A DNA stretch of 64,000 nt from Lingula anatina (lineage: Eukaryota > Animalia > Brachiopoda), in the NCBI GenBank assembly GCA_051362555.1, contig CM120649.1:14260001-14324000 (forward strand), written 5' to 3'. The notes below the pieces were generated by a model that worked only from the letters and a program-made list of their open reading frames with translations, did not search any database and had not been told where the DNA came from. The position numbers were made by a program, and so were the translations under genes. Shown here one piece after another: positions 1 to 11,576 of this stretch; position 1 is the stretch's first letter, and each line of letters starts with the position of its first letter.

Positions 1-922
1 AAGAGTGGAATGTTCTAATGAAAAAGCAAGAAACTATATTAATACTAATAATAAAATTATGATCATTTTTGTTTCTTGTTTATTTAAAGTCTAGAGATCT
101 AAAAAAAATGTTCAGTAAACTTTACAACATATCAGATTTATAAAGCTAATAGATAATAATGATAAAGAGATATACCCTGTACATGTATATATGCACGTCC
201 ACAGTGCAGGGTAACAGCAATGGCACATGGACGTCAGTGCCGTAGGGCGGAATTTGATTAAATAGGGGTAAATGTAAACAATACTAGTGTGCAGCGTCTG
301 GATTTTAGAGCGCAAGCCATTCATCATGAGTTTCACCTATTGTTTGGATCGAGAAATAATGCTTGTAAGTTTGAATATACATGTATAACACAGCAGATGA
401 AATAGTTAGCTGGATTAGTGTGTGATTCATGCATTATCATTATTATTATTCTTATTATGATATAACAAACTATTGACCAACAATAACCAACTCATGACAT
501 ATCATGTCTGTGGTACTTCAATGTCATAATTTAAGAGGACATGGGCAACTTACATTTCTAAACGAAAAAAACCTATTGAATGATACACACCGTCACATAT
601 ATGAGTCATACGAAAGGATTTTATTCATAAAGCAGGCTTAATAATTGTTTTAGTTTTGGCGACTGCCCTTCCTATCTCATTTACAAAAGTACGAAAGAAG
701 CCGGTGAATGATATTCTAAACCTAAAGTAAAGGAGTGAAGACGCTACAAATATAATGTGGAGGTGTATAACAATCTCAACACTAGCATAGTTTGCCTTTA
801 ACTTTGTAATATATGCATATTAATAAATAATTTTCGTCACATACGTCAACTGATTCAGACTCCCTAAATACAGCGAAAACTGCATCTATACATGTTTCTC
901 TTGCATATATTTTAAGTATGTT

Positions 923-1021
923 CCCAGCAGACAAACGACATTGATTCACCGTTGAATCAACGTTAATTTTTGGTGAATCAACGTTGAATCAACGTAGAAT
1001 CAATGTCGTTTGCCTGCTGGG
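923..1021. mobile_element. 99-bp palindromic MITE with CCC...GGG termini and 2-bp TT flanks
   Basis: TIR cccagcagacaaacgacattgattc matches the reverse complement of gaatcaatgtcgtttgcctgctggg at 24/25. Internal gttgaatcaac units; TT on both sides. Confidence 0.8.
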
Positions 1022-1095
1022 TTGTTTATGTAAAATTGGCTTTGCAATCACCATATGCTGATATAAGCATTCAATGTCTGTTTATCTATACAACG

Positions 1096-1904
1096 TCAGC
1101 ATGTTCGAAGATGTCCAAGATAATCTCTGTTCCCATTTCTAGATTCCTTGATGACAGTGTATAGCTCAGTGTGGTGCTGGAGTTCCAAACCAGATGTGTA
1201 CGCTATTAGAGTCAGCGCAGATTGGTCATAACGATGGTTTTCAAGGCTCGATCCTGCTGGGGCTATGCACTCCTTGGTCAATGCACATTTCACCCATGGT
1301 TTTAGGATCTTTTCATACGTATCATTCCTTTTGGACCAGCCATTTAGATTTCCTGAGTACGATGGTTTTCACTTAAAGGCTTTCTTGTCTAAACCCATAA
1401 ATGTGCACATTTTTTCATAGAAGAACTGTGTTACATCATCATCCTGCCCTTGGACGAGCAGATATCCATCCTGTTGGATCAATATATCAATTTGTGTTAT
1501 TTTTCCACAGATGTGACTACCGGCATCAATCCAAACAATGTTACCCACTTCGTCTACCATTTGTTTTATTATAACTGGTTTCCAAGCATACTCCTTTAAA
1601 TTCTTTAAATACTGAGGGTATTTCTCGAAAGGAAAACGTTGCTATGCCACATTACACCACGTTTGAACTTCCTGCACTTGCTCTGGCGTCAATCCTAGAT
1701 CCCATACCACTATATTCAGTCCTGCTGCCCAGTGCTGAGCTGATCCAACAAAGTTCCTCAATCCAGGAGAATGATATCCGGAATTTGCCCCCGTTACAAG
1801 AGTAAAAGAGTATTTTCTGCTTGGGGTCGGTCTGCGCCTTCCTGCAATATTTGTAAAAATACACATTACCCAAGAAGTATAACTATGACTGCGACTTTCA
1901 GCAT
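1096..1904 (-). pseudogene. DUF1647-like (glycosyltransferase-like) type II membrane protein pseudogene, intronless
   Basis: ORFs 1642-1866, 1369-1560 and 1096-1293 share one frame: ...LVTGANSGY...DLGL...[29 protein letters not shown]...WIDAG...AFK*KPSYSG...PWVKCAL..ECIAP.GS...NHRYDQSAL. Stops are TAG 1642-1644 and TGA 1369-1371. The anchor MLKVAVIVILLG (ATG 1904) is frameshifted near 1868. YAWKP, CIAP and HRYDQS are typical DUF1647 motifs. Confidence 0.8.
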
Positions 1905-3150
1905 TTTAGACAAATTTAACCGAAATGTCGTCGAAATTATCTAGACTATATTGAGGTTGTATCTGAGATCTTTTCCGATGGACGCTACGCAAAATGTTGA
2001 GAGAAGCGAGATATTTCTGCGTAGGGGCTCGAGGTTGCCCTCCATACCTGTATATTCACTGAAGCATGTCTAAATGGACAGGGTTCAGCGTTCAGCAAAT
2101 TGCCATGGCCACGTAACTTCCTTAGGTATGTTTTAACAATTTAGCCTCCTTATATCCATGACTCCTGCTATATACATAGGCTCCCTACGAGTTCTTTATT
2201 TCTAATGCGTTCTCGACAAACTCCGGCCTATACGAAAGGTGCCGAACCAGTATAGATATAAGCATATAAACAGTTTGTGCAATCAAATCCTGGGCTTGTG
2301 GCAGGGAATATTGCGTTGCATTATGGAAAGTTAATGCGTGGCTGGAGACGTTAATTTGGGCATTTGTGCTCATAAATCTAATTAATCAAGGTTCGACTTA
2401 GAAAACGCCTAATCCTTTTATAAGACCTGTAAACCACGTTAAGTAAACCACGCTGTGCTACCTGTATACATGACAAGACCTGACCTTGACCTTGAACATT
2501 TATCATAAGGTGAACACAGATAATAAACACTCCAGTTGTTATTCAGGTATCTCAAGTGTATAACACGTTTAAGCCGTTCGTGTTAGAACCAGGTATCTCA
2601 TACTATAAGTGCAATTAACATACATTGTTTTAAGGAGGCTCTTTCATAGTATAGAAACACCATATCTGCCCTAGCAATTTTGATAAAAATTGTAAGACAG
2701 AGTCTGCTCACCATATGAGTAAAAAATATGAAAAAAAAATGTGGGTAATCCAGCCCGTTTCCGAGAGATAGCGTCCCGAATAGCGTCACGGGTTTTGTGA
2801 CAAATGGGTACATTAAGTCGTTTAAGTTTAAGCGTCACCGACTGTTCTTTGCTAAATGCGACGTAATGTTGAAGCTTTCATTAAAGGATTAATTATAATT
2901 GTAATATTTCGCTGTCGTTAAAAAGGTACATGTAGGCTGCTCGTGCTAATATGAGAGAGCCTCCTTAGCCGTGTATAGGCCTATGAACCACAGCTGACAG
3001 CTTTCATTTATAAACAGTCACCCTATTTTTTAAGAGGAATTTTTAACTTATATAAAACTAATGCAAAGCAAGAAAAAATCGGTCCTTTTAAGAGGTCCTA
3101 TAGTACAAAGCTACGAACGTTTACTTCCGTTTTTAGGGACGAACACTCAC

Positions 3151-3277
3151 CTTCATAAAGTTGATAATGCTCTGTGTTTAGCTTTGAAATGAAAATAATG
3201 ACAGCAACTATCGTTCCAACAACCGCTAAAATAAATACTGCTATCTTTCGCATAACAGATGATCTTGAAGAGTCCAT
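3151..3277 (-). CDS. Probable first coding exon of a type II membrane protein (downstream exons not identified)
   Basis: MDSSRSSVMRKIAVFILAVVGTIVAVIIFISKLNTEHYQLYE followed by a G|GTGAGT donor (3145-3150). Basic residues precede a ~19-aa hydrophobic helix. Confidence 0.5.
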
Positions 3278-3475
3278 AATCCTGATGAAAAGAACGTGTT
3301 GGCGCTTGGTTTAGCGGAGCATTAGCCTGGCGCAGCATTTTGTCATATTAACCATTAGAATGACCTTGAGGTAGAAGTGTTGTTAAAATTGAAGTCAATG
3401 AAGTAATTCCTCAAGTGACTATAGGAGTGGAATGTTCTGATGAAAAAGCAAGAAATTGTATTAATACTAATAAAA

Positions 3476-3477
<2 letters not shown>

Positions 3478-3516
<39 letters not shown>

Positions 3517-3549
3517 TGTTTTTTGTTTGTTTGTTTGTTTGTTTGTTTT
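3478..3549. repeat. (ATT)n plus (TTTG)n microsatellites
   Basis: Directly visible simple repeats. Confidence 0.95.
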
Positions 3550-4863
3550 AAGGTTAAAAATCCGTGAAAAGTTAAGTAGACTACAGCACATCAAATGTAT
3601 AAAACGTTTAGCTGAGAATGATTAAAATTTATATAGGTGCATTTATATGTACCATATATTCAATTATTCATATCAACGGTATAAGCTGGGGAGTGATTTC
3701 CTCAGGTGTTTGTATCCGTTGACACCAGTTCTTTTTACCAAAACAGGTCCATTAACCTCATGTAAATGTTTAAATGGTGCATGTCTTTTAGAACTTAAGA
3801 TGGAGTAGCGCGTGGGCCTTGTAAAACACATTCAGCTAATGTGCGTAATGACTATAAGGATATGCCAGACGTTCCTTTTATGCATCGTTTAACTTTATGC
3901 AGTTGGGTTTCAGATCGTGCAGCCACAGCTTTTTGTGCATGCAAATATATTAGCCATATGCGTTAATATGTTTATCCCTCCAGTTACAAGTCGACTATTT
4001 GCTTGGTTTTGTTAATATTGTGAAAAATAAAAAAATCCGCTCAAATGTGTGCATCTGCTTACTATCCAAAATGAATGAAAATCAATTATCTACACTGTAG
4101 AAAACGGGTGTATTTTGTTTGGATTATTTTAATTCAGTTTTTCATGATTGTATTTTCCCGTTTTACTGTTTGCACTAAAAGTGCACTTGATAACATCGAC
4201 CCACCAGTTGCATCAGGAGTACGTGCCAAATGTTGATTTAATTGCCTTTAATCTTATTCCAGCTTTTGGCACTTACCATGGTATCAGCTATCAAAAGAAA
4301 GAGTTATGGTTACTTCCTTCACATTATCAGTTTGAGAAATGAGCTGATACTTGAGCTGCAGCCAAGTTGCAGGCTAGAGTCGTATTGGGAAATACTTACG
4401 CATGTCAAAACCTTTTCTTTAAAGCAGGAGAGTTTATCAGTGTTAATTAATTAATCACAAGGCATTACATTGTAGACAAAAGTATTGAGATAAAGACATT
4501 TTTATAATGCGGAACACCTCTAGGCAAGATTCACTTCATTTTTATTTCTCTCCGAAGCTAAATAAAAAAAATGGAACGCAAATAACCAAGGATTAATGTG
4601 CAGAATAAAAACAGATTAATTGTGCTATTTGCATTAATGATGTACACACATTACCATCTTATAAATACTTAAGTTTAATTACTTATGATGTAAGGGAGGA
4701 ATATTGCAACCGAGCGAATACGCGCCGGGGGTGAAACACCACCCCTTAATTCCATTTATCTTATCTAAGCACAAGTATAAAGATTACATAAAAATTCATG
4801 TATCCAATGAATTGTTCAAATAGAAAATGTGAGGAATCGGGAATCCATTACCCTGTAAAACCT

Positions 4864-5121
4864 TAGAGCTCAGTTAGAACAAATTACAGATCCAAGGATC
4901 AAATATGGCGACCCAGCAATGCCGACCAATCCCTTGGTGGTCTCCCCGCCTCCACACGCACCGTCCCTGCAATATGGCCTAGACATTACACATCGGAGAT
5001 GAAATGTAATCATTTTAATGACGCGTGTGGAGGCGGGGTGAGCATCAGGGGATTGGGCAGCCTGCTTTTAAGTGGGGTTGGCCATATTAAATCCACGGAT
5101 CATCTGTTCTGAATGCGACCT
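4864..5121. mobile_element. Foldback MITE, possibly PIF/Harbinger-like; related copy at 59981-60164
   Basis: Nested inverted arms: gatccaaggatcaaatatggc / gccatattaaatccacggatc, aatccc / gggatt, ccccgcctccacacgc / gcgtgtggaggcgggg. Ends are approximate. Confidence 0.6.
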
Positions 5122-6160
5122 TAGCTGTGTTACAAACCACACAAAGCAGTAAAGATTGACTTAGTTAAGGAATTAGTGTTTAAAAAGAATCCTGCTGCTG
5201 GGTAGAAACAAGAATCGTTTACATTCCGTAAGAACCTAAAGCCTACAATGGCCCAGGTTTGAAAAAAGGATATGAGCTGGATGGCCAAACGGCCACTCAT
5301 GTCAGACACTGTGTTAGTTGCACTCATTGACTTAACTGTTGGTTGTAAAGTGCCGGAAATGGGAAGGATCTATTGTGTACAACGTAGCGCTGTTGTGACG
5401 ATAAAAACCTCATATTACAGTGTCGCATGTGCATATTTTTTCTGAAATGTACAAGAAAACGTGTCCATGATCAGTAAATAAGAAGATAAAATGTCTTATT
5501 TTCGAGTAAAATTCGATTCTGCAGATAGGATACATTTAAAATCATGTTATAACAAAAGACGGACGACTGTTGATATTAGAGGATAGTTCAAAAAAATATC
5601 TGAAACTCAGGGAAATAAACACGTTCGTAATGAACATTAAAGGGGTAATAACTCTATATTTCACAATAAAAACATTGTGAACAACTCATGGAAATATAAT
5701 ACATGTATATTCTGTTTTACCACAAAAACGGCAGTCAAAGCTATTATTCTAACATCTGAGCTTGTCTTTAGACCACGTAATCTCCATTGATGGCTATCCT
5801 CTGTTATAATCCCTTAAAAGATTATAACAAAAAAACAAAACTTTTTTATATAAAAAAAAACAGGGACTAACTTTGAATGTAGAAATTGATTCGTCAACCA
5901 TTGGTAAGTATGGACAAATTGTTGTTTACTCCGGGGAAATTAATTTTTTGGCCAAAACGAAGAGTTATTATCCCTTTAATATTTTACTCCTGTCACAACA
6001 TAAATCAGACATAAAATTAATTTTAAAAATTATCAAAGGGACTGCTTATAATATTAAGGAAAGATTAATAACAGTGTAATAAATCATTGGTCGGGTGGAT
6101 CCAACGGGATCTGGTTGACATGAAGTAAACAAGCTGTATTAAGTTCCGGGAACAGTCCAT

Positions 6161-6170
6161 ATATAAATAA
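6161..6170 (+). promoter_or_regulatory. TATA box of repeat-protein gene copy A (equivalent at ~11514-11523 for copy B)
   Basis: ATATAAATAA about 55-60 bp upstream of ATG 6223, conserved in both paralogs. Confidence 0.6.
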
Positions 6171-6222
6171 CAGCGCAACCCCACATTATCAATTGCCGTT
6201 AAGAGGGAAGATCATCTTTAAG

Positions 6223-9200
6223 ATGGGCTCCGTAATGAAGTATGTCCTACTTGTTGTCGCATTAGGAGGATTCGTTAAAGGTAAGAATATACTGGGCCCG
6301 GTTGCACCAACGGGTCGTAACTCAGGAGTAGCAGCTACGCCCGAGTTACTCATCGAAATACATACTCAACAGAAAAGCCACTTGCGCCAAAGTGGGGTAG
6401 TGTTTGCGCCACGTACGCAGTTTATGTCGGTTCCAAAATATTCATATTCTGCTGTTTTTCCACGTTTGTATCATCAATTTCAGAGAGGGAAAATGGGGGC
6501 AGGTACTTGTTATGAAAAAAGTGAACTTTTTTTATCGGTTGACCCGCGCTTTTATTTTCTTAAATGCCATTTAAATCCTAGTTTCATTTTTATTAGAAGT
6601 AAATCCAAAATGGCAAGTATATTAAACCCTGAGTACGGGCCTTGGGCTTTTCTTATAAACAATGATCATTTGTAATATATTTGTAATATCATTTGTCATA
6701 TATCATATAGAGATGTAGGTTTGGGCTTGATTATTTTTAACCCGAAAAATGTTCTCGTCATGGAACGCGTCACTTTTATATATAAACTGTTCCTATATTT
6801 CTGTTCTAGGACTTTGTGTGTCTGGCCAGTGGACGATGCTATATGAGCACGATGCTTCAGGAGCGGTGATAAGCGGAAGCCTTGCGGCTCTGAAAACTGC
6901 AGTCAAAAATGGCGCCCGTATTCGTATAGTGATGCCTTCTGGATATGCGGCAGAGGCGGACTATATTTTCATCAAAGATGGCGGTAGCGTTTGTGGACAA
7001 TTCCTCTGGCACGTCAGCAAAGCTAGTAAGTTATCAAAATTATTCCGTATAAACTTAAGTGTATCATGTCCGGGATTTCACCGTCTGGTCGAAATTTCCT
7101 CGAAAATTATTCTCTTTCTACCCCTCACGAAGCATTGTTCGGCCCATTCCTACATTTGGCTTCAATTTTTCATACCATTTCTTATTTTATGATAAAGTTA
7201 AGTATTTAGTTTGGCCACCCACCTTTAATTTTAGACTGTTTAGAGGTGTCATATACTACATCGAGTTTTCCTAAGGAAAAGCAAGTTTTCCTGCTCACGA
7301 ATCATTGCTTGAGCGTCCCTGCACTTAGTTTTAATGTCTCATACCATTACCAATAGAATAATATAATTAAAAATGACTGGTCAGTCAACTAGGATATAAA
7401 GATAGGAAATATAACTTTGGAAAATTTTAACATTCATGTGTGCTTATCCCTGGTACACTTACTTATTTATAATTCTTTACTCGACCCAATCAATTTTTTT
7501 TTCTGATGGCAAGTGCAAGTTAAATATAAACGTTTTAATTAGTATCTGTACTCTCCGTATTTGTCAAACCACTCTAGTAACAACCCTTGAATACCTTTAT
7601 TTTTATATGTTACATTTTATTCAACAAAAACACTCAATGAAGAAAATACATATTTGCGGTATATTCCAGTAAGCACTGAATCAAAACAGTGTCAAGATTG
7701 CTTCGGGTACGTTTCAGGTTGGAACTCCTTTCAAGGCGACGTCTTCTGGTGGTGGAACATCTTCTGTACATCTGGAAAATATTACACCACACGCTACAAC
7801 ATCGGTTCTCACGTCCATCGGGGCGACTCAACGACCGCCACGAGACTGAAATGGTTTGCCAGGAAGGACTGGGCCACGGTGAAATATTCCCATGATAGCA
7901 GTGGAAACGGGGATCAAACTGGACACGAAGCTTTGGCGCAGCACATTAGAGACGGTGCCGAGGTGAGGGTCGTATCCCAAAGTTCTTCAGGCCATTTGGC
8001 ATATGCTCCGTTGCAGAACATGCTTGTCAAGCCGCGAAGAGAGAGTGGTGGTGGATCACAGACGTGTAGTAAGGTTATGGGACAGTGCCTTACCGTCGTC
8101 AGTCAAATGATTACCGGAAATGACGTCAAATTCCAGAGTAATGCTTACTGGTGGTTCGTTCTTCTGTCTACTTCCGGATCACGTGACATGTCGCGTTGGA
8201 ACGTCGGAGAACACGTCGATAGGGGGCACACCAGTGACAACATACCCATGGACTGGATGGTTGACCCATCGTGGAAAAAAGTATATGCAAATGGACCAAC
8301 GGGGGAAGGGATTTTTGGCAAAAAATCTGAATTGATATCGGCTGTCCAAGATGGACATCGAGTGCGAATGGTCATGTTATACCCGGATGCCACGTGGTAC
8401 GCAACCAACGTAAACAACGTTCGCGCCAGAAATGGTCATGTTACAGCTCAGTCCATACAACACGTCAGCATGGATGCAAATGCCGAGCGTTTCCAAGACA
8501 ACGCGTACTGGGTATTCATGATGGCGTCTACCACCGGGACTGTTACACGTGCCAGGTAAGATCCAAAATGATATTGTGAACTCTATTTAAACCTGATGCA
8601 AAAGAAATCTTTTAAATACTTTGCAATTTGCGAAAAGTGTGTAAGGCTCATTTTTCGTGAAGCATCCGTCGCTTCAAATTGAACGCCCTTATGTAAAATA
8701 TTTTTAAAATGCTTTTAAGTTTTGTATTTACAGCAATTAGGCTACAGAAATTATATCTTGTTTAAGTTCATATTTCATTAACCTTTTGTTTATTTACTGA
8801 TATGGGTATTTTATCACTTGTATTTGCTGTCATTGCAGATATAACGTGGGAGATACCACAGCAAGAGGAAGCGACGTGCAACACTGGACAATTCACTGGT
8901 TTGTGGACACTCAGAATTGGAAAAAAGTTCTCTCTCATGGCACAGATGGAACCGTAATAGCAGGTAAACTTTGACCCATGACCGAGCAATGTTTCTTCCC
9001 ATTACCTGTGAATAGTTGTTTAATATACCTTAACCCTGGGATTTCATCCAATGCCGTGATCCGTAAGGGGTGATATTTATTTGTTATTATTGTGTTTATT
9101 TATTATTATTTACAATTTTCTCTATTTTCGTGATCCTGTGATTTGTAGGGATATCAAACGACAAAGTCAATGACAAGCAAATAAATAAATGTTCAAAACA

Positions 9201-9703
9201 ATAATAAAAATAATAAAATGCAGATGTAATTTATCATGTACAGTACGTGGCTCACGTAAATAGCAAACGCACCATTCACTTGATCAATTAACGACTAGAA
9301 TTCATTGTCAAATCTGGTTACCAAGATGTAACTCCAGTATAATTTAAAAAAAAAAAACACTTATTCAAGGAATTATAAATTATTTTCAGGTTCAAGAACT
9401 GCACTGACATCAGCTATTAAAGAGGGCGCCTCTGTCCGATGCGTAATGGCCGATGGCCGTTATGCTTTTCCAGCTGAAAATGTTGCGATAAACGGAGATC
9501 ACGTGGCCGCCCAGACTATCCACAGCATAAGTGTTGCAGTCAGCGGAAGTTCGGAGTACGTCTTGCAGAGCAACCCCTATTGGTGGTTTACCATAGTAAC
9601 TACGCAGGGCGACCGAAAGATGTCGCGCTGGACGGTCGGGAGTCATCAGTCACGTGGTGACAGTGCCGACAAGGTGGCGATGAGTTGGTTCGTTGACGTG
9701 TGA
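6223..9703 (+). CDS. Secreted 516-aa protein with four Trp-rich ~110-135-aa repeats, copy A (uncharacterised)
   Basis: Exons 6223-6280, 6810-7025, 7718-8555, 8839-8963, 9390-9703 total 1551 nt, all GT-AG and in phase. Signal peptide MGSVMKYVLLVVALGGFVKGLCVSG. Repeat consensus W..vY.H..sG....G....L..Av..Ga.vR...Q...HvS....fQ.n.yWwf....TsG....R(W/Y)nvG.h..RG.......WfvD. Confidence 0.9.
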
Positions 9704-10157
9704 ATCACCCACTGATGAACTTCAAATTACACGTTTTAAGCAACCAGATTCTAACGTGGCCATTTTAGACTTGATTGTGATGATTTTTTCTTCGATAGGG
9801 AAATTTCTGTTTTATTTGGTTGAAATAGATTTGCATGATTAACCTGATCCGTGCGACGTCTGATATAGTTACATTTAGGCCTACGTGCACGTCTCGACTT
9901 TTCAGACGATGAACAGACGATCAAAGTGTGTTCCGTGTAAAGGGAAGATATTATTTATGTATCCTCTATCCTTTCCTTGTGCGCACTGCACTCTAAATTT
10001 TACTATCTATTAATCCTACTGTATATGAGTGTCCCTTATACACAAAATTAGATATTTTTATGGGTAAAATATTCTGAGGGCATTGCATCTTTATATATTA
10101 ATTACCATTAAAACCAAACTTAGCCTTGATACTAGCCTTGATACATATTCAGATGTA

Positions 10158-10417
10158 CACACAATGGACGATAAAGGTGTCACCCCCAGAATCAGAGTAA
10201 TCAAAGTAGGTAGATCTTGAGTATATAGTTATAATGCCTGGTCTACGTATAATGTGACTAATGAGTATAAAACCGCTGTACCATGGAATTGTATTGTTGG
10301 TCTTTTTGTGAAATTTGATGTTAATAAAATGATACCAGGAGCATATCATTCCACAGTCATTTATCTCCCCCAAAGTATTGGTTCGGTAGGGGTGATACTT
10401 CTATTGTCCAGTGTGAG
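10158..10417 (+). mobile_element. Internally deleted non-autonomous derivative (MITE) of the Tc1 element at 16266 and 48170
   Basis: The first ~145 bp and last ~115 bp of the Tc1 element are joined (…gtattgttggtct|ttttgtgaaatttg…). Degenerate TIRs; TA flanks. Confidence 0.9.
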
Positions 10418-11576
10418 TATATGTGCCGAACACATCTAGTAGGGCTATAGGACGCAATGTATAAATGTTTAAAAAAAATACACCGTACGCGATGTACATG
10501 ATGGCAAAATAAAACGATTTGGCCATGAAGTAGTTGTTGTTCAATAAGAGTTTATTTCGGCAACTACCGGCAATATGCACCCCCCCCCCCCCCCCCCTTC
10601 AATTTCTGAAAAGAATTACACCAATAGTCCCCTCTCGAAATTAGAATTTTGACTGGTTGAATCATAGTTCCGTACAAAATGGCACCGTTCGCTTCTGGGA
10701 CCTTCATCTGGCGCCGAACCACACACCATGGGTTGGGGGGGGGCGGCTTCACATCCTTCAAATTATCCGTGATCCGCGGTTACAAACCTCACAAAGGAGT
10801 AAACTAAGATCAACTCAATTTAGGAGTCTGTGTTAAATAGGGATTCTGCTGCTGGGTAGAAACCTAAAGCCTACAGAGGCTTGGTGATAGGTTTGAAAAA
10901 GGCTATGAGCTGGATTGCCAAACGGCCACTCATGTCAGGCACTGTGTTAGTTGTACTCCTGTAATAAACTGTTGCTTGTAAAGTGCGGAAATGTGAAGAA
11001 TCTATTGTGTGCATCGTAGCGCTAATGTGACGATAAAAACCTCATATTACAGTGCCGCATATCCATATTTTTCTGAAATGTACAAGAAAACGTGGTCGTC
11101 TAAGTGAGTGGTCATACGTTGATTAGAAACGGTATAAAACATCGAATCCAAGTGCAAGGATGAGTCGATCATGATCAGTAAATAGGAAGATAAAATGTCC
11201 GATTTTCGAGTAAAATTCGACTCGGCAGATAGGATACATTTAAAATCATGTTATTACTGTTGATAATAGAGGGAAGTTCATAAAAATGCATATATCTGAA
11301 ACTTAGGGAAATAAACATGTCAGTATAATTAACATTAATATTTTAGCCCTGTCACAAAATAAATCAGATATATAAGTTTTATTAACAAAACGAGTGCTTA
11401 TAATACTGTGGAAACGTTAATAACAGTGTAATAAATCATTGCTCGGGTGCGGCCAAACAGGATCCGGTTGACATGATGTAAACACGCTGTATTAAGTTCC
11501 GGGAGCAGTCAATATATAAATAAGAGCGCAACCCCACATTATCAACTTGCCGTTAAGAGGGAAGATCATCTTTAAG

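Noticed and set aside
1369-1371. In-frame TGA as selenocysteine in the DUF1647-like gene
   Set aside because: The same gene also has a TAG and a frameshift, and no SECIS was recognised. Pseudogenisation is simpler.
2185-2373. 62-aa ORF as exon linking 3151-3277 to the DUF1647-like frame
   Set aside because: No phase-compatible splice sites or recognisable homology found.
3355-3625. Poly-Asn / poly-Leu ORFs (also ORFs over the GA, TG and CT repeats elsewhere)
   Set aside because: Artefacts of microsatellites.
6193-6675. 160-aa ORF (and 11547-11874 equivalents) as independent genes
   Set aside because: Read-through of exon 1 into intron 1; the frame is not conserved between paralogs.
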